Position numbers and translations under genes: made by a program. The notes below the pieces were generated by a model. That model ran no database searches. It worked only from the letters and a program-made list of their open reading frames with translations, and was not told the origin of the DNA. 64,000 nucleotides of DNA from an uncultured Acidobacteriota bacterium. GTDB taxonomy: Bacteria; Acidobacteriota; Thermoanaerobaculia; UBA5066. Position 1 is the stretch's first letter, and every line of letters begins with the position of its first letter. The DNA is taken from contig CAVRJB010000008.1 in the NCBI GenBank assembly GCA_963721385.1, positions 42,074 to 106,073 of the forward strand, given 5' to 3'. This document shows positions 10,120 through 19,802 of this stretch, one piece after another.

Positions 10120-11628
10120 ATGAAGATCGTCATCGCCACCGACCGCAACCAGCCGAACGAACGCTACCGCGGCGCGCTGCTCTGCGCGGGGGCGCTGCCC
10201 GAGGAAGTCGCCGTCGTCACGCCGGGGCAGAAGCTCCCCGACGAGTTCGACGGGCTGCTCCTCGCAGGGGGGCCCGACGTCGCGCCGGAGCGCTACGGGG
10301 AGGCGCCCGCCACCGACGCGCTGGCGATCGACGCCGCGCGCGACACGCTCGACTTCGCCCTTCTCTCGGCCACGGCCGAGCGGAAGATCCCGGTCTTCGG
10401 CATCTGCCGCGGGATCCAGGTGATCAACGTCGCCCTCGGCGGGACTCTGTGGCAGGACCTCGACACGCAGCGGCGGCGCGGCGTCGTCCACGATTGCGAC
10501 CGCGACGCGGCGATCTTCCCCGACCACCTCGTCCGGTCGCGCGCCCCTTCGTCCGGCGGGTCGGCCTTCGCTGCCGCGCTCTTCTCCCCGAACGGGACGA
10601 CGGTCAACTCGCGCCACCACCAGGGAATCAAGGACCTCGCGCCCGGCCTCGCCTCGCTCGCCGCCTCGCCCGACGATCTCGTGGAAGCCGTGGAGAAGCC
10701 GGGCGAGCCGTTCCTCGCGGCGGTGCAGTGGCACCCGGAGGATCTGGTCGCCCGGCCCGATCAGAAGCGGCTCTTCCGCGCCTTCCTCGAGGCCTGCCGG
10801 GCGCGGGTCCGGCGGACGGGGCGGCGCCCCTCAACGCTGATCGAGGTCGCGCTCACGGGGCGCATCCCCGTCGTCCGCTTCAACCGGCCGGCCGCCCGAA
10901 ACGCCTTCACCACGCCGATGGCCGCGATGCTCGCCGACACGGTCGACGCCCTCGGCCGAGACATGACCGTTCCCGCCATCGTCCTCGCGGGAAACGGGGG
11001 CGCCTTCTCCGCCGGCGGCGACCTCGACGTGATGCGCGCCCTCGCCGCCGCCTCGGACGAGGAGGGTTTCCGCGACCTGCTCGAGGCGGGCGGCCGCGCG
11101 GTCCTCGCGATCCTCGACGCGCCGCGCCCCGTCCTCGCCGCGGTGGACGGCGCGGCGGCCGGTGGCGGGATGAGCCTCGCGCTCGCAGCCGACGTCCGAG
11201 TCGCCTCGTCGGCGGCCGGCCACGCCGCGCTCTTCGTCCCCTCGTATACCGCGGTCGGCCTGATCCCCGCGTGGGGAGCGACGCTCCACCTGTCCGAGCG
11301 CCTCGGCGCCGGCCCCGCGGCGGACGTCGTCTTCTCGGCGGAGCGCATTGGCGCGGTCCGCGCCCGCCAGTTGGGCCTCGTCGACGTCCTCGTCGAGGAC
11401 GGCCCGAGCCTTCCGGCCGCGCTGGCGCGCGCGGAGACCTACGCCGAGCGCTCGCTCGCGGCCGTCGCCGCCGCCAAGCGCCTTCTCGCGGCCGAGCGGC
11501 GGCCGCGCCTTGTGGGCGCGCTCGGCCGCGAGGTGGAAAGCCAGATCGAGCTCTTCCGGAGCGGGGAGCTCCTCCGGCGACTGCCGGGAAACGAGCGAGT
11601 CCGCCCGGACGAACAGGAGACCTCATGA
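10120..11628 (+). CDS. fusion protein: class I glutamine amidotransferase-like / peptidase C26 domain + enoyl-CoA hydratase/isomerase (crotonase) domain
   Basis: N-terminal domain has GICRGIQ, HHQ and VQWHPE motifs (PuuD / gamma-glutamyl hydrolase-like). C-terminal domain is a crotonase fold (VVRFNRPAARNAF...GNGGAFSAGGDL). No stop codon separates the two domains. Confidence 0.65.
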   Translation: MKIVIATDRNQPNERYRGALLCAGALPEEVAVVTPGQKLPDEFDGLLLAGGPDVAPERYGEAPATDALAIDAARDTLDFALLSATAERKIPVFGICRGIQVINVALGGTLWQDLDTQRRRGVVHDCDRDAAIFPDHLVRSRAPSSGGSAFAAALFSPNGTTVNSRHHQGIKDLAPGLASLAASPDDLVEAVEKPGEPFLAAVQWHPEDLVARPDQKRLFRAFLEACRARVRRTGRRPSTLIEVALTGRIPVVRFNRPAARNAFTTPMAAMLADTVDALGRDMTVPAIVLAGNGGAFSAGGDLDVMRALAAASDEEGFRDLLEAGGRAVLAILDAPRPVLAAVDGAAAGGGMSLALAADVRVASSAAGHAALFVPSYTAVGLIPAWGATLHLSERLGAGPAADVVFSAERIGAVRARQLGLVDVLVEDGPSLPAALARAETYAERSLAAVAAAKRLLAAERRPRLVGALGREVESQIELFRSGELLRRLPGNERVRPDEQETS

Positions 11629-12581
11629 CCAAGATTCATCCCGTCCTCCCCGCCGCGCTCGCGGCCCTTTTCTTCGCCGGAGCTGCAGCGGCCCAGGCGC
11701 CGGTAGCGCCGAAGGCCCCGGAGATCCCTCCGTTCGAGACGACGCAGAGCGACCCGCACTCGTGGGTGGGCCGCTTCGGCATCACGAACTGCGCGTGGTT
11801 CGACATGGGCGACGCCGTCCTCCTCATCGACATGGGCGCCTCGGAGGCGGACGGCCGGAACCTCCTCGCCGAGGTGAAGCGGACGGTTCCCGGAAAGCCC
11901 GTGAAGTGGGTCGTCATGACGCACCTGCACGGCGACTCGAACGGCGGCTTCAACGCGCTCATGCCGACCGACGTGACGGTGATCGTGAACGAGCGCGCGA
12001 TTCCGAGCTTCGGCGGCCTCGTCCGCGGCGCCGGCAAGGCGCCGACGGTCGTCGGGGTGAAGGACACGCTCGTCCTCCTCGGAAAGACGCTGTCGCTCGA
12101 GATCCATGCGACGGCGTCACCCGCCCACACGGCGGACGACCTGTGGGTCTTCCAGCCCTCGGCGAACGTCGTCTACGTCGGCGACCTCGTCACGCCGACC
12201 CGCTGTCCGCTGATGTCCGACCCCGGGACCGACCCGAAGGGCTGGCTCGCGACGCTCGATCAGATCGACGCTGTCCACGCCGGCGCGCTCGTCCCGACGC
12301 GCGGGCCGTCGACCGTCAAGGTGGCCGAGCAGATTCTCGGAACGCGGTCGTACATCAAGCGGATGCTCGACATCCTGACCGCGATGAAGAAGATCAACGC
12401 GGCGGAGGCGCGCGTCTCGGGCGAGCTCGCGGCCCAGAAGATCGGCGAGTACTGCCCGAAAGAGCTCGACGTCACGAACGCGCTCTATCTCTACCGCCGG
12501 ATGAACGACGACGGCACGTTCCGACAGAAGCCGGGCGGGCCGGCAGGCGGCCCCGCCAAGCCTCCCGCCAAGAAGAACTAG
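11625..12581 (+). CDS. secreted MBL-fold metallo-hydrolase
   Basis: Signal peptide, then an HxHxDxxGG motif (MTHLHGDSNGG). ATG overlaps the upstream stop (ATGA). Confidence 0.7.
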   Translation: MTKIHPVLPAALAALFFAGAAAAQAPVAPKAPEIPPFETTQSDPHSWVGRFGITNCAWFDMGDAVLLIDMGASEADGRNLLAEVKRTVPGKPVKWVVMTHLHGDSNGGFNALMPTDVTVIVNERAIPSFGGLVRGAGKAPTVVGVKDTLVLLGKTLSLEIHATASPAHTADDLWVFQPSANVVYVGDLVTPTRCPLMSDPGTDPKGWLATLDQIDAVHAGALVPTRGPSTVKVAEQILGTRSYIKRMLDILTAMKKINAAEARVSGELAAQKIGEYCPKELDVTNALYLYRRMNDDGTFRQKPGGPAGGPAKPPAKKN

Positions 12582-12589
12582 AGACGAAA

Positions 12590-12620
12590 AAGGGTCCCGG
12601 CGGAATCGCCGGGACCCGGT
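12590..12620. terminator. GC-rich hairpin (11-bp stem GGGTCCCGGCG/CGCCGGGACCC) between convergent genes; candidate bidirectional intrinsic terminator
   Basis: Perfect inverted repeat flanked by an A-run on the 5' side. Confidence 0.4.
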
Positions 12621-12871
12621 GCCGGGCGGCTCATGACTGCCGCCCCGTCTCAGGGCCGCGTCCGCAGCCCTTTGTTGTGGCCGGACCGTCGTCGAGGCGT
12701 TCTCCCGGTCGGGAGACCCGGACTCGGATCCGGCCGTTTCGCGCGCCCGGGTTCGAAGAGGGCAGCCCTCGGTGACGGTCTCTCGAACTCGTGCTCGGGT
12801 TGCCGTTCGAAAGCGGTCGCGCACCCCCAAGATGGTTTCCGCGGCCGCTCCTGTCAAGGGGGGACGCCGGC

Positions 12872-13282
12872 TCAGCGGCGGGACGCGCGAGGCCAGCCCG
12901 CCTCGACCGTGGTCTGGATCCCTCCGCGGGGAGTGAAGGCGCCGCGGACCGTCATCCGGCGCGGATCGAGGGCCGCCACGAGGTCCTCGAGCACCCGGTT
13001 GACGGCGTTCTCGTTGAAGATCCCGAGCGAACGGAAGGCGAGGAGGTACTCCTTCAGCGATTTCAGCTCGACGCATCGCTCCCGGGGAACGTAGGTCACG
13101 GTGAGCGTCGCGAAATCCGGGAGACCCGTCTTCGGACAGATCGACGTGAACTCCGGGACCGTGATGACGATCTCGTACTCGCGCCCGTACTGGTTCGGCC
13201 AGGTCTCCAGGGCGGGAAGCGGCGAGCGCGTCCCGGACGCGGCATGTTCGTCGGTGTAACGGGGCTTCGGCGGCCTTTTCAT
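12872..13282 (-). CDS. queF: NADPH-dependent 7-cyano-7-deazaguanine reductase
   Basis: EFTSICPKTGLPDFATLTVTYVP is the QueF signature. 136 aa, YkvM-type. Confidence 0.9.
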   Translation of the reverse strand: MKRPPKPRYTDEHAASGTRSPLPALETWPNQYGREYEIVITVPEFTSICPKTGLPDFATLTVTYVPRERCVELKSLKEYLLAFRSLGIFNENAVNRVLEDLVAALDPRRMTVRGAFTPRGGIQTTVEAGWPRASRR

Positions 13283-13308
13283 GGCCCGGAGGATAAACTC
13301 CCGCCCCT

Positions 13309-14013
13309 ATGGCGTTCTCCAAGGAAAAGCGAGCGGCCCTCTTCCGCGACCTCCGGCACCTCGTCGTCATGGCCGCGGTCATCCTGACCGGCCGCTCGGT
13401 TCTGGCCGACTGGTACGTCGTCCCGACCGGCTCCATGAAGCCGACCATTCTCGAAGGCGACCGGGTTTTCGTCTGGAAGTCGGCCTACCAGATCCGCGTC
13501 CCCTTCTCCCGGATCAAGCTCTTCTCGACCGGGGTACCGCGGCGCGGCGACGTCGTCGTCGTGAGAAACCCCGACGGTGGGAGCATCCCCTTCGTCAAGC
13601 GCCTCATCGGGCTTCCCGGCGACGTCGTCGAGCTCCGGAACGAGACGCTCTACCTGAACGGCAAGCCGATGCCCGCCGAGTTCCTGCCCGAGCGAAAGGC
13701 CGACGACGGCGAGACGCTGCTCCTCGGCACGGAGGACCTGATGGGGCGAACGCACCCGATCCGGATCCTGCCGGACCGACCCGCCTTCCGGACCTTTGGC
13801 CCCATCACCGTTCCGGAGGGCGAGGTCTTCGTCATGGGGGACAACCGTGACGAGAGCCGCGACGCCCGCTTCTTCGGGACCCGTCCCGTGACAGACCTCC
13901 TGGGGCGGGCCGTCGGCATCATGTGGAGCTGGAACAACGAGTTCGCGAAAGGTCCGCGATGGAGTCGCTTTGGACGGGCGTTCATCACGGGCGCGAACGA
14001 GGTCAAGCCCTAA
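13309..14013 (+). CDS. lepB: signal peptidase I
   Basis: N-terminal TM anchor, catalytic Ser box (VVPTGSMKPTI) and Lys box (GDVVVV...FVKRLIGLPGD). Confidence 0.9.
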   Translation: MAFSKEKRAALFRDLRHLVVMAAVILTGRSVLADWYVVPTGSMKPTILEGDRVFVWKSAYQIRVPFSRIKLFSTGVPRRGDVVVVRNPDGGSIPFVKRLIGLPGDVVELRNETLYLNGKPMPAEFLPERKADDGETLLLGTEDLMGRTHPIRILPDRPAFRTFGPITVPEGEVFVMGDNRDESRDARFFGTRPVTDLLGRAVGIMWSWNNEFAKGPRWSRFGRAFITGANEVKP

Positions 14014-14035
14014 TCTGCCCCCGGCTTGCGCCGGC
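14008..14035 (+). terminator. rho-independent terminator after lepB
   Basis: CCGGCttgcGCCGG hairpin followed by a TCTTTTT run. Confidence 0.6.
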
Positions 14036-14062
14036 GTCTTTTTGGACTTAATCTAAGATCGT

Positions 14063-14473
14063 ATGGAAACTCGCGCCCGGGCCGAGGGGCGGCTCCGCGA
14101 AAAGGGGCTCAGGGTCACGCAGCAGCGCGTGGCCGTGCTGACCTATCTCGGCTCCGTCCGGCACCACCCGACGGCCGAGGCCGTCGGCGAGGCGGTGAAC
14201 CGGCTCGTGCCGACGGCCCGCGCGTCGGTCTACAACGTCCTCCGCTCGCTTCGCGAGGCGGGCTTGATCGAGGAGCTGGTATTCGACGACGCCGTCGTCC
14301 GCTACGACGCGAACCTCGAGAAGCACCACCACTTCGTCTGCGCGGTTTGTGGCGGCGTGGCAGACGTGCCGTGGGACTCCCTGCCGCAGGCGCCGAAGCG
14401 GAAGCTGGCCGACGGCCGCACGGTCGAGGACTGGAGCGTCACGCTTCACGGCCGCTGCCCGGGCTGCCAGTAG
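14063..14473 (+). CDS. Fur family transcriptional regulator (Fur/Zur/PerR)
   Basis: 136 aa with a winged-helix N-terminus and HHHF..C..C...CPGC metal-binding motifs. Confidence 0.85.
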   Translation: METRARAEGRLREKGLRVTQQRVAVLTYLGSVRHHPTAEAVGEAVNRLVPTARASVYNVLRSLREAGLIEELVFDDAVVRYDANLEKHHHFVCAVCGGVADVPWDSLPQAPKRKLADGRTVEDWSVTLHGRCPGCQ

Positions 14474-14568
14474 CCCGGGCCGGCTCCGACCTCGGCGCTC
14501 CCCTTGCTTAGAATCGTCTAGATTCCGGGTGGCGCGCCCTTCCGGCGCTCTCCCCGCAAGGAGACCCG

Positions 14569-15310
14569 ATGAACCTCCGGCGCCATCTGATCGAGACGGC
14601 CACGCTCGTCGCCGTGTCGGTCGTCGTCGCCCTCGTCTCGAACGCCATCGCGTCGAAGGAGCGGAAGCTGAAGCTCCCGGGCGACTACCCGAATGCGACA
14701 TCCGTCCCGGGTCCGGCGGCCGCGGGAGTTCCTTCTGCTCCCGTGCAGGCCGACTCGAGCACCGTCGTCTCCTGCTACAGCGCAGTTCGGAACCGCCGGT
14801 ATTGCTTCGAAGGGTGAATTGGAACCAGCTGCGGCACCGGGCCGCAAGGCTCCGCCGGGACTGCTGCGGTCCTTCGCCGTCTGAGAATCCCGGCGACATC
14901 TCCCTGCCGGCCGTCGCGGATAATCGGATCTCCTCGTCCGCTTCCCGCCCCACCCCGACAAGCCCTGGGTCGAGATCCCGGGTGACGACGCGGCGTTTCT
15001 GCAGGCCCGGGGCGTCCTCTTCCTCGACGCGCGTCGGACGAAGGACTTCGAGCAGGGACACGTCCGCGGCGCGCGGCCGTTCTCCGTCTGGGAGTCGGAC
15101 ATCGACGACAAGGTTCTCGCCCTCCTCGCTGAGGGGCGCGACATGAAGCAGCCCGTCGTCCTCTACTGCTCGGGAGGCGACTGCGAGGACTCTCACATGC
15201 TCGGCCAGAAGCTTTTCGGGGCCGGGTTCAACAACCTCCTCGTCTACAAGGACGGTTTCCCCGACTGGGCGAAGCGCGGCGGGGCCATGGCCCAAGGCGG
15301 CCCGTCGTGA
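14569..15310 (+). pseudogene. membrane-anchored single-domain rhodanese (sulfurtransferase), disrupted by frameshifts or assembly indels
   Basis: An N-terminal TM ORF (14569..14817, frame 0) is followed by a complete rhodanese domain in another frame (14924..15310; ...LFLDARRTKDFEQGHVRGA...VVLYCSGGDCEDS). The rhodanese frame has no ATG/GTG/TTG start, and two frame changes would be needed to join the parts. Confidence 0.5.
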
Positions 15311-15792
15311 AGGCAGTCCGCGACTGGCTCGCAGGCGACTGGCTGTCGACCCGCGTTTCGATCGCCCTCGGCCTCTTTTTCGTCGTCGCCGCGCTGCCGA
15401 AACTCGCCGACCCCCCCTCCTTCGCCCACATGATCTACAACTACCGTCTCGCGCCCGGCCCGCTCGTCAACGTCGCGGCGCTCGTCCTGCCTTGGCTGGA
15501 ATTGACGTGCGGCGTCGCGCTGATCCTCGGGATCTGGAATCGGCCAGCCGCGGCCATCGGTGGAGGCCTTCTCCTCGTCTTCGTCATCGCGATCTTCGTG
15601 AACCTCCTCCGCGACCACGCGATCGAATGCGGCTGCTTCGACGTCAGGGACGCCGGGAAGTCGGTCGAGGAGCGGCTCTCCGACATGCGGATGGTGATCG
15701 TCCGCGACGTCGGGATGCTCCTGATGGTCGCGCAGATCCTCTGGGCGGGCGCGAGGCGCGAGGCCGCGGACGGCGCCGCCCGCGTCGGCTAG
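15307..15792 (+). CDS. DoxX/MauE family membrane protein
   Basis: 161 aa with 4 TM segments. GTG start overlaps the rhodanese stop. A DoxX-rhodanese pairing is a known association. Confidence 0.65.
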   Translation: MKAVRDWLAGDWLSTRVSIALGLFFVVAALPKLADPPSFAHMIYNYRLAPGPLVNVAALVLPWLELTCGVALILGIWNRPAAAIGGGLLLVFVIAIFVNLLRDHAIECGCFDVRDAGKSVEERLSDMRMVIVRDVGMLLMVAQILWAGARREAADGAARVG

Positions 15793-17306
15793 AGCGCGCC
15801 GACCTCCCGCGCCGCCGCGAGGACCTCGTCCACGGTCGCATCGGCGTCCGCGAGGGTCGAGCGCGGATTGACGAAGCAGGGGCGGATCGCGAACCGGCCG
15901 CCGACGCGCGTGTGCGACGGGATCGCGCGTCCCCGCGCCCGGACCCGGAGGAGGACCTTCTCGTTCAGCGCGTCGAGGACGGCGTCGTCCGCGGTCCCCG
16001 TCGGCCGCACCCGGAAGCAGCAGATCGAGAGGACCGGCTCGGCCAGGAGCTCCAGCTCCGCGTGCGCCTTCACGCGGGCTGCGACGCGGCGGGCCGCGTC
16101 ATGGTGGCGGACAACCCGCGCGCGCATCCCGCTCGCCCCGATCTCCTTCAGAAGCGCCCAGACGGCGAGCCCGCGGGAGGGTGCGGAGTGGTCCACCGAG
16201 AAGTCCGGGTTCCCTTCCCCCCTCTCGTCGAACGGCGAGCCGAGGTCGCCCGTCCCGGTCGGCGCCATCTCCACGTAGGCCGCCGGCTCGAGCGTCAGCG
16301 CGCGCCCGAGGAGCCCGCCGTCACGGACGAAGCCGGCGCCGCAGCCGACGGCGATCGCCATCCACTTGTGCGGGTCGACGGCGAAGGAGTCGATCTTCGC
16401 GAGGTCCCCGTAGAGCGGCGCGACGCGGGGATCGAGAACGCCGAACCCCCCGTACGCGCCGTCGACGTGCAGCCAGACGCCGCGCGCGTGGGCAATGGCC
16501 CGCATCGCGTCGACCGGGTCGACCGCTCCGGTGTTCACGTCGCCGGCGGAGGCGACGACTGCGACCGGGGTCGCGCCGCGGGCGAGGTCCTCGTCGAGCA
16601 TCCGCTCGAGCAGCGCGAGATCGGGCTGCCGCGCAGCGTCGACCGGTACGAGGCGGAGCGCCTTTCGTCCGAGCCCGAGGATGCCGCAGGCGCGGTGGAT
16701 GACGTGGTGCACCTCGGTGGAAGCGTAGACGCGCGGCTCCGGGAGCCCCGTGAGGCCGTCGAGCGACGGGTCGACGCCGCGGCGCTCGCCGGCGTGCTGG
16801 CGGGCCGCGGCGAGGCCCAGCAGGTTCGCGAGCGATCCGCCGCCCACGAAGGCTCCCTCGAAGTGGTCCGGGAGGCCGATGAGCCGGGCGAGCCAGCGGA
16901 GGCCCAGCACCTCGAGGAAATTTCCGGGTGTCGCCCACCAGCGCTGGGCGGCCGTGAGCGACGCGGCGAGCTGCGCGACGGCAGGAACCGTCGTCGGCAT
17001 CGTCGTCACCCACCCGGTGAAGCCCGGCGCGCCGATCCTGAGGCCGTTCGGGATCACGACCTCCCCGAGAGCCTCCAGGACGGCCTCGCGCCCGAGTCCG
17101 GTTTCGGGCAGCGGCTCGTCCAGCGCCGCCCGCCAGACGCTTCGCTTTGCGGCACCGTCGGGGCCCTCGAAGCGGAGAAAGCGCTCGAGGGCCGGCAGGA
17201 GCGCCGCGAGCGACTCGGCGAGGGCGTCGGTCGACGCGGCCTCGTCGGGCTCTTCCGGTTCCGCCACGCCCGCGCGGGCCCCCGCCGGGGAATTTGGGTC
17301 CATCAA
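15789..17306 (-). CDS. PLP-dependent group II amino-acid decarboxylase
   Basis: 505 aa with a fold type I PLP domain and a ...SFAVDPHKW lysine motif. Similar to aromatic-L-amino-acid and L-2,4-diaminobutyrate decarboxylases. Confidence 0.8.
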   Translation of the reverse strand: MMDPNSPAGARAGVAEPEEPDEAASTDALAESLAALLPALERFLRFEGPDGAAKRSVWRAALDEPLPETGLGREAVLEALGEVVIPNGLRIGAPGFTGWVTTMPTTVPAVAQLAASLTAAQRWWATPGNFLEVLGLRWLARLIGLPDHFEGAFVGGGSLANLLGLAAARQHAGERRGVDPSLDGLTGLPEPRVYASTEVHHVIHRACGILGLGRKALRLVPVDAARQPDLALLERMLDEDLARGATPVAVVASAGDVNTGAVDPVDAMRAIAHARGVWLHVDGAYGGFGVLDPRVAPLYGDLAKIDSFAVDPHKWMAIAVGCGAGFVRDGGLLGRALTLEPAAYVEMAPTGTGDLGSPFDERGEGNPDFSVDHSAPSRGLAVWALLKEIGASGMRARVVRHHDAARRVAARVKAHAELELLAEPVLSICCFRVRPTGTADDAVLDALNEKVLLRVRARGRAIPSHTRVGGRFAIRPCFVNPRSTLADADATVDEVLAAAREVGAL

Positions 17307-17338
17307 GACCGGCCTATTATGATGCGGGCCTCCCGCCC

Positions 17339-19798
17339 ATGGCGCCCGACCGCTCGACCCACGTCGTCCTCCTGAAAGCCTTCGAGGGCGCCCTCAAAGA
17401 GGGTCTCCTCCTCGACGAGGCGCTGGGGGGAATTCTGGGCGCCGCGCTCCATCTTTTCGACGCGCCGGTCGTCGCCCTCCTTCCCGGCCCCGGCGTGCCG
17501 CCGATGACGCGCTCCGGGCGGAGCGCCGGCGCCGCGGCGGCCGAGAGGCGCCTGTCGCAGCATCTCGAGGAGATCCTCGCCCAGGGGCGCGGGAAGAAGG
17601 TGTCCGAGGGGAGCTTCACCTACCTGGGCGCGCCGGTGAAGCTGAAGGAGAAGACGCACGCGGCTTTCGGGGTCGCGCTCGCCGAAGAGGGCGACGACGC
17701 GGACGAGGCCGTCCGGCTCTTCGCCCGGACGGTCGGCCACGTCCTCGAGCGCGACCGGACTCTCTCGACCCTCATGAAGCGCCGCGAGGAGGCCGTGGCC
17801 CTCTTCGAGCTCGCCTCGGGCGCGTTTCTCTCGCTGAACCCCGACGAGGTCATCCGCCTGACGGTCGCGTCCCTCTCGCGCGAGCTGGAGTTCGACCGCG
17901 TCCAGGCCTTCCGCTTCCGGCCCGAGACCCGCGAGGTCGAGGAGCTGTTGAGCCACGGTCCGGTCACGAGCGGAGAGCAGCCGCGGAGCTCCCGGCGCCC
18001 GCTCGACGCCGACGAGCTCCTCCTTCGCTGCCTCTCCGCGCACGGCCCGGTCTTCGACGACGAGCCCGGCACCGGTGGAGGCCCGCCGCGGCGCCGCCGG
18101 ATGGCCTTGCCGCTCCACGCGGGCGACTTCGTCTTCGGCTTCCTGACGATGTCGCGGCGCGGCGGCTTCGCCCTGACCGCTCAGGAGCTGCGCCTCGCGC
18201 AGGAACTCTCGAAGCTGGCCGCCGGCGCGCTCGAGAAGGCGCGCCTTCTCGACTCCGAGCGCAAGGCGAACGAGAAGAACGCCTTCGTCTCTCGCCTGCA
18301 CACGGCGCTCTCCGGCCTCACGGACGTCGTCGCGATCGTCCGGCGGACGGTGGAGGAGGTCGGCCCCCACTTCGACCTCGATCTCTGCGCGCTCCGGATC
18401 GTCCCGTCGGGCGAGCTGGCGGGCGCGCAGGCCGTCGCGGTCCGCGGCGGCGGCGGCGACTCGACACTCGAGGTGCCGGACGCGCTCCTTCAGCACCTCT
18501 CCTCCGAAGGGTCGCACGTCTTTCTGCCCGACGTCGCGGCCGACTCCGTCGTGGGTGCGCTCCTGCCGCGCGGCCCCGCGATGGCGCGCCTCGCGGCGCC
18601 CGTCAGCTTCGTCGCCGTCCCTCTCGCCTATCGCGGGCTCCCGGTGGGCGTTTTCGCCGGCGTTGCGTCGGGGCGGCCCCAGGGGCTTCCGCCGTCGGTC
18701 CTCGAGACGTTCGAGGCGCTTGCCGTCGAGGTCTCGCTCGCCGTCGCGTCAGCGCGACTCCTGCAGCAGGAGCGCGATTCGCACCGGTTTCTCGACCGCC
18801 TTCGCGAGGTGGGCCGCTCGCTCTCGACGACGTTCGACATGGACCGGATCAAGCAGACCCTCTGCGAACAGGCCGTCGCGCTCCTCCAGGTCGACTCCGC
18901 GCACTTCTGGGACGCCGACGCCGACGCCAAGGCTCTCCAGATCTCGGCCCGCTGGGGCGCCGACGCCGGCGAGGCCGGCCTCCGGTCGGTCTCGGCGGAC
19001 CAGACGCGGCACCCCGCCGTCCGCGCCTTCCTCGAGAAGACGGCGGTGACGGTGCGCGGGAAAGACGCTGCGGAGCTCTTCCCCTCGGTCTCGCGCGCGC
19101 TCGTCCTGCCCCTCCTTTTCCACGACGAGCCGATCGGGGTTTTCTCCCTCGCCCAGCGCCGCGGAACGGACGATTTCGGGCCCGAGTTCCGGGGCCGGGT
19201 CGAGCTCCTCGCGGACGCGGCCGCCATCGCGCTCCACAACGCCCGGCTCATGCGGCTCATCGAGCAGCAGGCGGAACGGGACGGCCAGACGGGCCTCAAC
19301 AACCGGACGTCGCTCGTGAAGCGCCTCGAGTCCGAGATCCGCCGCGCCGAGCGGAACAGCCAGTCCATCGGCGTCGCGCATCTCCGGGTCGACGGCCTCG
19401 CCGACGCGACGAAGCGCCTCGAGCCGGGCGTCGCCGACGCCCTTCTCCCGAAGATCGCCTCCCGCCTCGTCCGGTCGACCCGCGCCGTCAACCTCGTCGC
19501 CCGGGACGCCGGCGACCGCTTCTGGATCCTCATCTTCGAGGCGACGAAGCTCCAGGCGCACCGCGCCGTCCGCGCGATCCAGCGGAACTTCGAGTCGCAG
19601 GCCGACGCGCGCCTCGAGCCGGCGGGGATCCGCTTCGCGCTGACGACCGGGATCGCGGTCTACCCCGACGACGGCTTCGACAGCGCCGCCCTTCTCGCCA
19701 AGGCGGCCGAGGCCCTCGACGAGGCCGTTCGGACCGGCCCCGGCACCATCGTCGTCCGCGAGGCCCCGGCCGAGACGGAGCCTCGCCTCCCGGCCTGA
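17339..19798 (+). CDS. multi-GAF domain signalling protein with degenerate C-terminal GGDEF domain (AGDRF)
   Basis: 820 aa from the internal ATG. Several GAF-like repeats, then a GGDEF-like domain in which GG[DE]EF is replaced by AGDRF, so it is probably catalytically inactive. Confidence 0.6.
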   Translation: MAPDRSTHVVLLKAFEGALKEGLLLDEALGGILGAALHLFDAPVVALLPGPGVPPMTRSGRSAGAAAAERRLSQHLEEILAQGRGKKVSEGSFTYLGAPVKLKEKTHAAFGVALAEEGDDADEAVRLFARTVGHVLERDRTLSTLMKRREEAVALFELASGAFLSLNPDEVIRLTVASLSRELEFDRVQAFRFRPETREVEELLSHGPVTSGEQPRSSRRPLDADELLLRCLSAHGPVFDDEPGTGGGPPRRRRMALPLHAGDFVFGFLTMSRRGGFALTAQELRLAQELSKLAAGALEKARLLDSERKANEKNAFVSRLHTALSGLTDVVAIVRRTVEEVGPHFDLDLCALRIVPSGELAGAQAVAVRGGGGDSTLEVPDALLQHLSSEGSHVFLPDVAADSVVGALLPRGPAMARLAAPVSFVAVPLAYRGLPVGVFAGVASGRPQGLPPSVLETFEALAVEVSLAVASARLLQQERDSHRFLDRLREVGRSLSTTFDMDRIKQTLCEQAVALLQVDSAHFWDADADAKALQISARWGADAGEAGLRSVSADQTRHPAVRAFLEKTAVTVRGKDAAELFPSVSRALVLPLLFHDEPIGVFSLAQRRGTDDFGPEFRGRVELLADAAAIALHNARLMRLIEQQAERDGQTGLNNRTSLVKRLESEIRRAERNSQSIGVAHLRVDGLADATKRLEPGVADALLPKIASRLVRSTRAVNLVARDAGDRFWILIFEATKLQAHRAVRAIQRNFESQADARLEPAGIRFALTTGIAVYPDDGFDSAALLAKAAEALDEAVRTGPGTIVVREAPAETEPRLPA

Positions 19799-19802
19799 GC
19801 CG

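Noticed and set aside
10092-12581. 829-aa ORF spanning two genes
   Set aside because: It is a read-through artefact. The real genes are the GATase-crotonase fusion (other frame, 10120-11628) and the MBL hydrolase (11625-12581).
12633-13094. 153-aa + strand ORF overlapping queF
   Set aside because: It is antisense to the confidently identified queF gene and has Arg/Ser/Gly-rich composition.
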